A DNA stretch of 64,000 nucleotides from an uncultured Candidatus Saccharibacteria bacterium (GTDB lineage Bacteria; Patescibacteriota; Dojkabacteria; SC72), in the NCBI GenBank assembly GCA_964405015.1, contig CAYOME010000001.1, positions 165,584 to 229,583 of the forward strand. Reading direction: 5' to 3'. Positions 50,272-60,000 of this stretch are shown piece after piece; positions within the stretch are counted from its first letter, which is position 1, and each line of letters starts with the position of its first letter. Made by a program: the position numbers and the translations under genes. The notes below the pieces were generated by a model that worked only from the letters and a program-made list of their open reading frames with translations, had not been told where the DNA came from and made no database searches.

Positions 50272-51282
50272 TTATAAATCCTTCTCCTTCTTAAGTTCCT
50301 TTAGTAATTCAAGCATGTGTTTTTTGAGATCAATATTCTCATCGAATAAACCGGTTCCATTTCTCTCCCAGGTCATACTTTTATCATCAATCATATTCCA
50401 AAAGTATAATTCTTCCACATATCCCTTTTCAGTACACAACTCTTTAAATAACCTATATGAATATCCCTGATACTCATACCAAGTAGGATAGGAAATACCA
50501 TCGCACACTACCTCTTGTTCTGGATTGATACTACCACCTTCATAATCTCCATTTTTAGGACCAATATCAAATTCAGTAATTATCAATGGTAATTTTGCAC
50601 TATCATGTATTTCGTCTAATACTCTATTGAGCGATTCTGTTGTAGGCAAGAAGAAAGGTCTTGGATAATATCCGCTATGAGCCTGTTCTCCTATGATATC
50701 TATTCTCCCTCCCAATTTCTTAATGTTATCAACTAGAATTAGAAACGGCTTTCTTATTTCTTCTCTAATTAAACAACCATATTCATTTATCATATACCTA
50801 CCTTCTGGATATTCATCTATAGCCCATTTAAAGATATCAGCAATTACATCTGTTTTTTTCATTTCTGTACCTAAAAAGTTCTCTTCATCTTCCTTGACTA
50901 TTTCGTTTACTAATTTAAAGAATGAGACTTTTCCCTTGTATCTATTTATTACAGCTCTAACATGATTTTCCAACGCTTGATATTTTTTATCAGAATCAAG
51001 TTCTTTATACCACTCTGGGAATACATCTAAACGCCCTGTAATTACAGTATTGAAATGAATACAAACACCATTCTCTTTAGCAAAATCAACAAGAAGATCA
51101 ACATTCTTCCAATCATATTCTATTTCAATATTCGGACCCTTAGCGATCATTCCAAATATCCCAGTTCCATACATCCCAAAGTTATTAAAATACTCTAAAG
51201 CCATTTCCTTGTACTTTGAAGATATGTTTTGTGAAGCAACATCATTAAAATATTTATGGTGAAGAATAGTTCCAGTTTTCAT
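50272..51282 (-). CDS. glycoside hydrolase family 10 (endo-xylanase-like)
   Basis: VNE (acid/base), INEY, IG.Q.H, ITEFDI (nucleophile), GLFD. Confidence 0.8.
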   Translation of the reverse strand: MKTGTILHHKYFNDVASQNISSKYKEMALEYFNNFGMYGTGIFGMIAKGPNIEIEYDWKNVDLLVDFAKENGVCIHFNTVITGRLDVFPEWYKELDSDKKYQALENHVRAVINRYKGKVSFFKLVNEIVKEDEENFLGTEMKKTDVIADIFKWAIDEYPEGRYMINEYGCLIREEIRKPFLILVDNIKKLGGRIDIIGEQAHSGYYPRPFFLPTTESLNRVLDEIHDSAKLPLIITEFDIGPKNGDYEGGSINPEQEVVCDGISYPTWYEYQGYSYRLFKELCTEKGYVEELYFWNMIDDKSMTWERNGTGLFDENIDLKKHMLELLKELKKEKDL

Positions 51283-51341
51283 ATAGAAGCGAGTTCTTTT
51301 CAAAACTTTAATTACTTATATCCCTATGTTACACTAAAAAA

Positions 51342-51830
51342 ATGAAAACCGTAAGAATTGGAGATTCTCAATCCGTAGAAAAAAGAAGAATCGTCAACAC
51401 TTCTGCTGGCTGTTATCTAGTACGGAAATTACCTACCCAAAAGTATGAATTACTTCTCATTCGCAAGAAATGGAAAACAGGCGAAGAAAAATATGTATTA
51501 CCCAAAGGTCACATCGAAGGGAATGAATCTTTAGAAGAAGCTGCTATAAGGGAAACAATAGAAGAATCTGGTTATACTGATTTCGAATTACTAAACTACC
51601 TTGGTTCTATTACGTACGAATTGGATTGGAGAGAAATACAAGTTAAAACTGATCACTATTTTTTGTCTATATTAATTAGTGATAAACAGAATGACATAAA
51701 TAAAGAAACATACGAAGACGAAGTAACCATAGAAATTATATGGATAGATTTAGGAAAAGGGTTTAATCTTCTTACCTATGAAACGCAGAAGGAGATACAC
51801 AAAATAATAAAAGACATTTTGAAAATATAA
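51342..51830 (+). CDS. NUDIX hydrolase
   Basis: LPKGHIEGNESLEEAAIRETIEESG Nudix box. Confidence 0.92.
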   Translation: MKTVRIGDSQSVEKRRIVNTSAGCYLVRKLPTQKYELLLIRKKWKTGEEKYVLPKGHIEGNESLEEAAIRETIEESGYTDFELLNYLGSITYELDWREIQVKTDHYFLSILISDKQNDINKETYEDEVTIEIIWIDLGKGFNLLTYETQKEIHKIIKDILKI

Positions 51831-51984
51831 TAATTATAACTTACAAAAGAAGTATAACTGATTCCGATTATATAGTTATGTTTTTCTTCTTCTTGATATG
51901 ACAATAAAATGAATAATATGCCTCACCCTCAGAAACTTTCGATAGAAGGCTAGAAATGTTTCTATAAAGATGTAGTATATTCCT

Positions 51985-52593
51985 ATGGAAATAGATAATC
52001 AGTCTGTAAAAAGAATCCTACAAGAAGAATTTTGTAAGAATATCTTGACTATACAACAAGTGAGAAATTTACCTTCTAGAAATACATATATCGTTAAAGA
52101 TTCAAATACTCCGTTTGTCTATAAAATCTACAATAGACAAGGACAAGAAGACGAGATATTAAATAGCATCCCAATTCAAGAGTATTTAAAAGGTGTAAAC
52201 TTCACTCTCCCTAAGATAATTAGTACTACAAGTGATAAACCATACTTTCTTAATCAGGATTACATAGTTACTCTACAAGAGTACATAGAAGGAGAGAAAA
52301 TTACACTTACAGAAGAGAATGTCTTATCTGTTGGAAAACTACTAGATAGTTTACAGAGGATTTCATATAACAATGAAACCATAGTACATGGAGATTTTAT
52401 CTTAAACAATATTATCAAAACCAAAGAAGGTAATTTGTATTTAATAGATTGGGATTATGCACATCTTGGGGATTCACAAGAAGATATTGAATATTTTATA
52501 GAATCAGAGATTATAGAAAGTAACTTACCTTTAGAAATTCAAAAACACTTAAAGATTTCTTTCTTAAATCAAGTAAGAGATAGTAATAATTGA
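51985..52593 (+). CDS. APH/choline kinase-like phosphotransferase
   Basis: VYK, EYIEG, HGDF...N, LIDWD. Confidence 0.85.
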   Translation: MEIDNQSVKRILQEEFCKNILTIQQVRNLPSRNTYIVKDSNTPFVYKIYNRQGQEDEILNSIPIQEYLKGVNFTLPKIISTTSDKPYFLNQDYIVTLQEYIEGEKITLTEENVLSVGKLLDSLQRISYNNETIVHGDFILNNIIKTKEGNLYLIDWDYAHLGDSQEDIEYFIESEIIESNLPLEIQKHLKISFLNQVRDSNN

Positions 52594-52627
52594 AGATTTT
52601 TGAAATAACTTAAATCACTAGAATGAA

Positions 52628-53095
52628 ATGTCTTATCCCCAAGAACCCTCAATAGAAGGTCAAATCTATTTCTATCCACCAGAATATTACGTGTTTGATA
52701 ACTTCTCATCTTTTCAAATTAAGTACAAAGGTAAAATATATCCAACTGCAGAACATGCATATCAATCTGCAAAATTTCTTAATACAGATCCTAAACTATC
52801 AGAAGAAATAAGGAAGGCTAAATCAGCACATGAGGCATTTAAAATAGCAGAAGAGAATTCTGATAAAAAACAAAAAGATTGGGATGATATCAAACTAATT
52901 ATCATGAAAGAAATACTCATATGCAAAGTAAATCAGCATGAATACGTTAAAAAGAAACTATTACAATCCGCAGACAGAGAAATAGTAGAGGACTCATGGA
53001 GAGATAGTTACTGGGGTTGGGGAGAAGATAAGGAAGGAGAGAACCATTTAGGTAAGCTATGGATGGAAATTAGAGAAAAACTTAAAGCACTTTAG
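52628..53095 (+). CDS. NADAR (YbiA-like) protein
   Basis: F.NF, YPTAEHAYQSAKF, K..Q, E.S..D.YWG, GENHLGKLWME.R. Confidence 0.92.
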   Translation: MSYPQEPSIEGQIYFYPPEYYVFDNFSSFQIKYKGKIYPTAEHAYQSAKFLNTDPKLSEEIRKAKSAHEAFKIAEENSDKKQKDWDDIKLIIMKEILICKVNQHEYVKKKLLQSADREIVEDSWRDSYWGWGEDKEGENHLGKLWMEIREKLKAL

Positions 53096-53679
53096 CCAAG
53101 TACAAGCTCAGGAGAAGGTTCTACTTCAGTCTCTTTCTTCTCATAGATTCTGAGGGTATTCTTTGCTGAGAAATCCAATTTGCGAACACCTTTACATGCA
53201 AGATTAAGAGTTAAGGTTTTTATTTGATTATTCTCAACCAATGGATCAACTGAGGAGTCTATCATACTAATTGCAACCGAATATGGATCATACACTTCTC
53301 CCTCTCTTGATAAATATCCTTTATTTAGAGGAGTCTCATCAAGTGTTTCATTACGACCCCCTTGTTGAACATTATCTCTAAAACTCTTTATATTGTAAGG
53401 ACTTCTATGAACAACCTCTTTGAAATGCACAGATCTAGATCCCAATTCTTTCTTGAGAGCACTTATTGTCGAGAGTAATACTTCTCTATCTCCTTCCTCC
53501 AACTCATTAATCTTAAGAATGTCTTTTGTGTAAGAAGGCTTCTTTGCTATATTCTCAAGTACTTCCAAATAATTTTCAAGTTCGGGATCACTCTTCGGCT
53601 CGAGACCTTCTTGTACAGCCACTTTAAGTGTATTACCTGAATCTTTTATTCTTTCTTCTAAAATATCTGTTGTATTCAT
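53092..53679 (-). CDS. hypothetical protein
   Basis: ~195-aa ORF with no recognisable motif. Confidence 0.55.
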   Translation of the reverse strand: MNTTDILEERIKDSGNTLKVAVQEGLEPKSDPELENYLEVLENIAKKPSYTKDILKINELEEGDREVLLSTISALKKELGSRSVHFKEVVHRSPYNIKSFRDNVQQGGRNETLDETPLNKGYLSREGEVYDPYSVAISMIDSSVDPLVENNQIKTLTLNLACKGVRKLDFSAKNTLRIYEKKETEVEPSPELVLG

Positions 53680-53777
53680 ATATAGGAATAATAGCACAAA
53701 CATATACAGATAAAACAGATATGACCTAATATTTAAAATATATGATAATATTCAACAAATAATTAATAACAATACTA

Positions 53778-54326
53778 ATGCTTCTTTACATAACATCGAA
53801 TCAAAACAAAACAGTTACAGCAAATAGATTACTAAGCCCATTTGGAATAACAGTAGAAGGATATAAAGTAGAAGGAATAATTGAACCACAGATAGAAGAT
53901 ATAGTAGAAATATCAAAATACAAAGCAAAACAAGCATATGAAATTGTTAAGAAACCATTAATCGTAAGTGATGGAGGATGGATGATACCAGCATTAAATG
54001 GATTCCCCGGTCCATATATGGCATATGTAAATAGTTGTTTTACACCAGAAGATTTTCTTAATCTCATGAAAGATAAGAAGGATCAAACAATCATTCTTAA
54101 GGAATGTGTTACATATATTGATGAAAATCAAACCAAATCTTTTGTATACGAAACTAAAGGGCATTTTCTTAAAGAAAAACATGGACAAGCAACATCAGTA
54201 GATCAAGTAATAACCTTTAGAGAAGATCTGAAAACAACAGCAGAGTGTATAAATGAAGGAATATCAGGAATACCTCAAAACAATCTATGGAATGAAGTAG
54301 GGGAATGGATAAAAGAGAATATTTAA
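53778..54326 (+). CDS. Ham1/ITPase-family NTP pyrophosphatase (divergent)
   Basis: ITSN..K, E.Q, KA..A, D.G..I.ALNGFPGPY. Confidence 0.82.
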   Translation: MLLYITSNQNKTVTANRLLSPFGITVEGYKVEGIIEPQIEDIVEISKYKAKQAYEIVKKPLIVSDGGWMIPALNGFPGPYMAYVNSCFTPEDFLNLMKDKKDQTIILKECVTYIDENQTKSFVYETKGHFLKEKHGQATSVDQVITFREDLKTTAECINEGISGIPQNNLWNEVGEWIKENI

Positions 54327-54328
54327 AC

Positions 54329-54850
54329 TTATATTCCGAGATTATACTTACGGATATTTTCTATAGAAATCGCATCAAGTTTCCTTATTCTCTCAACTAT
54401 TAACCAAATTAATTCTGGCTGAATGATTTTCTGCTCAATCAATTCAATCATTGTACTTTCTAGAAATCTTTTTGCTTCTAAATATGGATTTGGAATAATT
54501 CTTTTGTCTAACATTCTGGAACGTTCTGATATTCTAAATTCTTCCTGATGAAGTATATTATCAATCAATTTGTACATAACCCCCTTTATACTGTTTGGAT
54601 ACAGAGGCGCTTTTAACATCTCTTCTCTATATTCCCAAGATTTCTGAATAAGAGAATATCTGAGCCCGTAATATGAAGATGTAAATTCAGCAACATCCTC
54701 TTGATCAAGATCATAGACATAAAATGGAGAACTCGTATCATGATATCTTCTTGCAATATTTTCAAAATACAAAAGATACTTTTCCAAGGGGTCCAAAGAC
54801 TCACTCTCTTCATGTTCATCAAAAGAAGAAATACCTGATTCTATACTCAT
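54329..54850 (-). CDS. hypothetical protein
   Basis: 173-aa ORF downstream of the nucleotidyltransferase-like gene. Confidence 0.55.
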   Translation of the reverse strand: MSIESGISSFDEHEESESLDPLEKYLLYFENIARRYHDTSSPFYVYDLDQEDVAEFTSSYYGLRYSLIQKSWEYREEMLKAPLYPNSIKGVMYKLIDNILHQEEFRISERSRMLDKRIIPNPYLEAKRFLESTMIELIEQKIIQPELIWLIVERIRKLDAISIENIRKYNLGI

Positions 54851-54859
54851 ACAATCCCC

Positions 54860-55294
54860 CTATTGATTTTTTAAATATTCCTCAATCATCTTCACATGTA
54901 TAGCATCCTTGTCTCTCCCCATTTTCTTCTTCCAATCCAGAGTATCTTCTATTGATAGGAATGGATAACTTCCAATAACTATTGCTCTGTCATGTAATTC
55001 TTGGAATGTATAATCTTGCATACCCCAACAATTCCACATTTCAATAAGTTGATCAAATAGATATAGATGATGACAACTCCATCTCTCATCATAGATATTT
55101 TCAGACAACCCCTTAACTCTTTCCCAGGTAGAAGGGGATACAAACAAATCTAAATCTCTTAAATCAGAAAGAGGTCTTAAACCTAATGCAAACATAACTC
55201 CAGAACCCATGATTATGTAATCATCTGAGGATAAATTAAGAGTGTCTAACATCTTAAACGCATAAGCGGACTTAAGCTCTTGTTCTGTTAACAT
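54860..55294 (-). CDS. small nucleotidyltransferase-fold protein
   Basis: GSG.M...G.R....DLD.F and WK...GR.KD motifs. Confidence 0.65.
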   Translation of the reverse strand: MLTEQELKSAYAFKMLDTLNLSSDDYIIMGSGVMFALGLRPLSDLRDLDLFVSPSTWERVKGLSENIYDERWSCHHLYLFDQLIEMWNCWGMQDYTFQELHDRAIVIGSYPFLSIEDTLDWKKKMGRDKDAIHVKMIEEYLKNQ

Positions 55295-55427
55295 ATTTGT
55301 TCAAATAATTTTACAAAAAAACCTTCATATTATATACCTTTCTATCGTTTTTGCACACTATAAGCCCAACATTGCAAACAAATATCATATCCACTAAAAT
55401 ACCTTAAATAATTAAAAATATTCTTAC

Positions 55428-56072
55428 ATGAAAGAAAAGATTGAATTTACAAATAACTATAATGACCTAAGTACCGATAGAGGTTTTCAATTTGAATTCC
55501 TTTGTTCAAGATGTGGGATAGGATTAAGAAGCAAATTTAAATCCTTTACCATAGGAAATGTTAGCTCAGCAATAAATACTGCAAGTAATATTTTCGGAGG
55601 AATTTTAAACAATATTGCATCTGTTGGAGAGGACGTAAAATCGGCAGCATGGGAAAAAGCACATGACGAAGCATTTGAAGAAGCAATTCTTGAACTTAAA
55701 GATGATTTCATACAATGTCCAAGATGTTCAACTTGGGTATGCAGAAAGAAATGTTGGAATACAGAGAAAGGACTTTGCAAAGAATGTGCACCAGATTTAG
55801 GGGTAGAGATGGCAGCCGCACAAGCAAGTAAATCTGTTGAAGAGGTTTGGGCACATGCAGCAATGGCAGAGGAAGATATAAAGTTGGGAAAGGAATATTG
55901 GAGAGAAGGTATTACTGCAACATGTCCAAATTGTGAAAAACCCCTTGCTAAAAATGCAAAGTTTTGTCCAGAATGTGGATTTGCTCTTAAGCAGAAAGAT
56001 CAATGTTCTAAATGTAATGCTAAGGTAGAACCAAATACAAAATTCTGTCCAGAGTGTGGAAATAAAATTTAA
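55428..56072 (+). CDS. double zinc ribbon domain protein
   Basis: Multiple CxxC pairs; twice repeated KFCPECG. Confidence 0.85.
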   Translation: MKEKIEFTNNYNDLSTDRGFQFEFLCSRCGIGLRSKFKSFTIGNVSSAINTASNIFGGILNNIASVGEDVKSAAWEKAHDEAFEEAILELKDDFIQCPRCSTWVCRKKCWNTEKGLCKECAPDLGVEMAAAQASKSVEEVWAHAAMAEEDIKLGKEYWREGITATCPNCEKPLAKNAKFCPECGFALKQKDQCSKCNAKVEPNTKFCPECGNKI

Positions 56073-56094
56073 TAGAGGCAAAAACTCATATATT

Positions 56095-56352
56095 ATGGAA
56101 ACTGAGCAAAATAAAAATGAAGTAATAGTAATAGGAGGAGTATATAGACATTTTAAAGGTGAATATTACCAAGTCCTAACTGTAGGATTAGATTCTGAGA
56201 CATTAGAGGAACAAGTCGTATATACTACCTTGTACTTTAATCCCGAGAAAGAAACTCGTGTATGGATTAGACCCCTAAATGATTTCATGGGTACAAAGGA
56301 AATGGAAGACGGAACAATAATTAGAAGGTTTGAATTTATTAGTGAGAGGTAA
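56095..56352 (+). CDS. DUF1653 family protein
   Basis: G.YRHFKG..Y.V, SET.E..VVY, W.RP...F, RF. Confidence 0.88.
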   Translation: METEQNKNEVIVIGGVYRHFKGEYYQVLTVGLDSETLEEQVVYTTLYFNPEKETRVWIRPLNDFMGTKEMEDGTIIRRFEFISER

Positions 56353-56393
56353 GGATATTTAAAAAAGAAGGTATTGAATGTATACTTTTAAAT

Positions 56394-56921
56394 ATGAAAA
56401 ACCCTCAAGTAATAAAAATTGTGCTACTTTTAGCATGCCTTTCAATATTAGTTGTCTTACAAGGATTTAGAGTTAAGGACCCAGATGTAATAGGAGTCTC
56501 CGATAGCAATTCCCAAGGTGAATATTACAAGGTATTAGATGTAGTAGATGGAGACACAATAAAGATAGAAGAGATTGGAACAATAAGAGCAATTGGTATA
56601 GATACTCCAGAGACTGTAGATCCAAGAAAAGATGTTGAGTGCTTTGGGATGGAAGCATCAAACAAAGCGAAAGATCTATTAGAAAATCAACTCGTTAGGA
56701 TAGAATTCGATGAATCACAAGGTGCAGTAGATAAATATGGAAGGGTATTAGCATATATATATCTTGAAGATGGAAGAATGTTTAATGAAATAATGATTAA
56801 AGAAGGATATGCACATGAATATACATATGATTCAGAATACAAATATCAGAGTGATTTTAAAATAGCAGAAACCTTTGCAAAGGAGTCCCAAAAAGGCCTC
56901 TGGGGAGCCATTTGTCAGTAG
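56394..56921 (+). CDS. thermonuclease (SNase) family protein
   Basis: VVDGDT, R.IGIDTPE, DKYGR.LAY, GLW; N-terminal anchor. Confidence 0.92.
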   Translation: MKNPQVIKIVLLLACLSILVVLQGFRVKDPDVIGVSDSNSQGEYYKVLDVVDGDTIKIEEIGTIRAIGIDTPETVDPRKDVECFGMEASNKAKDLLENQLVRIEFDESQGAVDKYGRVLAYIYLEDGRMFNEIMIKEGYAHEYTYDSEYKYQSDFKIAETFAKESQKGLWGAICQ

Positions 56922-56953
56922 GTATCTCATAACAAATTGATAAGAAAAAAAAC

Positions 56954-56982
56954 TTGCTAGGTATATCCCATATTGGTATATT
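56954..56982 (+). promoter_or_regulatory. sigma70 promoter of giant surface protein gene
   Basis: TTGCTA-17 nt-TATATT. Confidence 0.55.
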
Positions 56983-57008
56983 AAATGTATAAGTATCCAT
57001 ACCTATTA

Positions 57009-60000
57009 ATGAAAAAACTGCCTAGAATACAGATAAAAAATATTAACAGACGAATCTTAGTAACAATAACTGCCATAATATTGTTAGTACCTTTGTTAAT
57101 TGTTTCACTACCATATATCAAGGTCTGGCAAGCGAGAGCTGCTGCAACAATATATTGGGATGGTGGTGGTGATGGAACATCATGGTCAAATGCACTAAAC
57201 TGGAATACCGATGTAGTACCAAGCCCAACAGATGAAGTCTTGATAGATACGGCAAGTACAGTCAATATTACGGATCCAATAACAGTAACCTCTCTTACTT
57301 TAGGAAAATCTGATGGAAGTGCAGCTACTGTATTACAATTTTCATACGATGCCGTAACACTTGGAGCATTAACTATTACTGGTAGCGAATTTAGATTAAA
57401 TCCAGGAGCAATCGTTAGACATGTAGATTACAATGGAGTTAACCCTGCAAAAGTAAATATTGATGTTCAAACAGGAAATGCCTTAATTCTTGGTTCTATA
57501 AATGTTGATGCGAGAGGGTACAGAGCGGGTGATGGACCAGGACAAGGAACTGATGGTGGTGATGGTGGTGGAGGTGCTGCGTACGGAGGTAATGGTGGAA
57601 GAGCACAGCAAGGATATGCAGGAGGTACTGGGTATGGGGTATATACACTCCCTACCGAATTTGGTAGCGGTGGTGGAAATAGATCTGGATATGCAAGCAC
57701 TGGAGGTCATGGAGGTGGAGTCGTTAAGCTAAGCGTTGGTGGTACTTTAACTGTAACGGGAACTATAACTGCAGATGGAAATGTAGGAGCAAACTCTGGT
57801 GATCGAAAACCCGGAGGTGGGAGTGGTGGTTCAATATTAATTACTACTGGGACCATAACTGGTAATGGAATTGTAAAAGCAAACGGAGCACAGGGTGGAG
57901 ACTCCAACTATGATGGAGGTAGTGGTGGAGGAGGAAGAATTGCAATATATTACACTACTAATACATCTTCATTCTCTACTTTAGCAGCTGCGGGTGGAAA
58001 TTCAACCTTAGCGGGTTCTGCACAATATGGTGGGGCAGGTACAATATATATGAAAACACCTTCTCAGACTAATGGTGATTTAATAGTTAGCAACAATGCT
58101 TCAGGATGGTCTACCAACCTTTCTGCAGAAGTACCATATACTCCACTTCCAAGCGCTTTAACACTTGATAATCTAACAATATCGAAATTCGCCAATGTAA
58201 ATTATACTGATACCCTCACCGTAGGAACTACTTCAGAGGTTTCATATTACGCATATCTTAATCTAACAGGTACTGCAACACTTAATACTTTCAATATTAA
58301 TAATAGTGGTCATTTTTTCTCCCAAGTTACAGCAACAACTACATACAATACCATTAACTGGACAGGGGGAATCATAACAGATAACGGAGGAACGTTTGCA
58401 CTTGTTAGTGGTGGAGCTGCTCTAAGTATTCCAACAGGATCAATATTAAATGGAAATGTTCAAAGAACATTCACCAATGTCACTGTTGATGGTACTCTTT
58501 CTCATACAGAGAATGGAGCGACACCAACAAACAAACTAGACTATATTATTAGTGGAAATCTTACTGTTAATCTATCTGGAAGAATTAATGTAAACGAAAA
58601 AGGATATGCCCCAAGCCAAGGTCCTGGACAAGGAGTTGATCAAGAGGGTGCTGGTGGTGGTGCATACGGAGGAAATGGTGGAAATGGTGCAAACGGAGTA
58701 GGTGGTACTGCGTACGGAAGTTTAACAATACCCACTGACCTTGGAAGCGGTGGTGGATTAAGAAGTGGTAGTGGAGTTTACGGTGGAGGAGCAGTAAAAC
58801 TTACAGTAACAGGTACGACAACAATAAATGGAGATATTACTTCAAATGGTGGATATGGAGACGATGGTTCAGATAGAGATCCAGGAGGTGGTAGTGGTGG
58901 CTCTATCTTAATATATACTGGCACATTAACAGGTACTGGAAATATCAACGCAAATGGTGGTAATACAAAAGATACAAACTACGATGGCGGTGGTGGTGGT
59001 GGTGGAAGAATTGCTTTGTACTTCACTAACGATACTTCCACATTCGCTTCCTTAACCGCTGATGGAGGAAGACCTGGAGCTGGAGGTAGGTATGGTGGAG
59101 CTGGTACTATTTACCTTAAAGACAACGACGATACATACGGTGATTTGATAATAGATAATAATGAACCATCTTGGTACACACAATATTACTATGTTGCATT
59201 AACACCCTTACCTTCAAATCTTACACTTAAAAACATGACCATTGCTGACTTCTCTATTATTGAGTCTTCACAGAGTCTTTCTGTAACTGGCGACTTAAAC
59301 ATATCTAAATATTCTCACTTTAAAAATATTGGAACCGCAACTCTTAACAACATAAACATTACAGATAATGGATGGTATTACAATGAATCAGGATCTACTA
59401 CTACATATACAACTATTAACTGGACAGGGGGAATCATAACAGATAATGGTGGAACATTTGCATTACTAAGTGGAGGAAATGATCTTTCTATTCCCACGGG
59501 ATCGACACTAAATGGAAATGTACAAAGAACATTTAACAACGTTACAATAAACGGAACTTTAACTCATACCGAAAATGGAGCTACACCTGTTTACAAACTA
59601 GATTACATAGTAAATGGAGATTTACTTGTAACTTCATCAGGACAAATAAATGTAAATCTCAAGGGATATGCAATGAGTGAAGGACCCGGTGCAGGTGCAG
59701 ACGGTAGTGGTGGAGGTGGTGCAGGATATGGAGGCTATGGAAGTAATGGCGATAACTCAGTTGGGGGTCAAGCATATGGAAGTATTACACAACCAACCGA
59801 TCTTGGTAGTGGAGGTGGATATGGATCAAACTGGGGAGGTAATAGCCGAGGAGGTGGAGCGATCAAACTTTCAGTTGCAGGGACACTTACCGTTAATGGA
59901 TCAATAGTCTCTAATGGTGCAAATGGAAATGATGGCACTGACAGAGTACCAGGGGGAGGAAGTGGTGGCTCAATATGGATTACAACAGGAACACTCTCTG

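Noticed and set aside
51831-51984. Intergenic inverted repeats (ATAACT..AGTTAT, TAGAAATGTTTCTA) as integron attC sites
   Set aside because: They are not repeated between other island genes, there are no clear RYYYAAC/GTTRRRY boxes, and no integron integrase is present.
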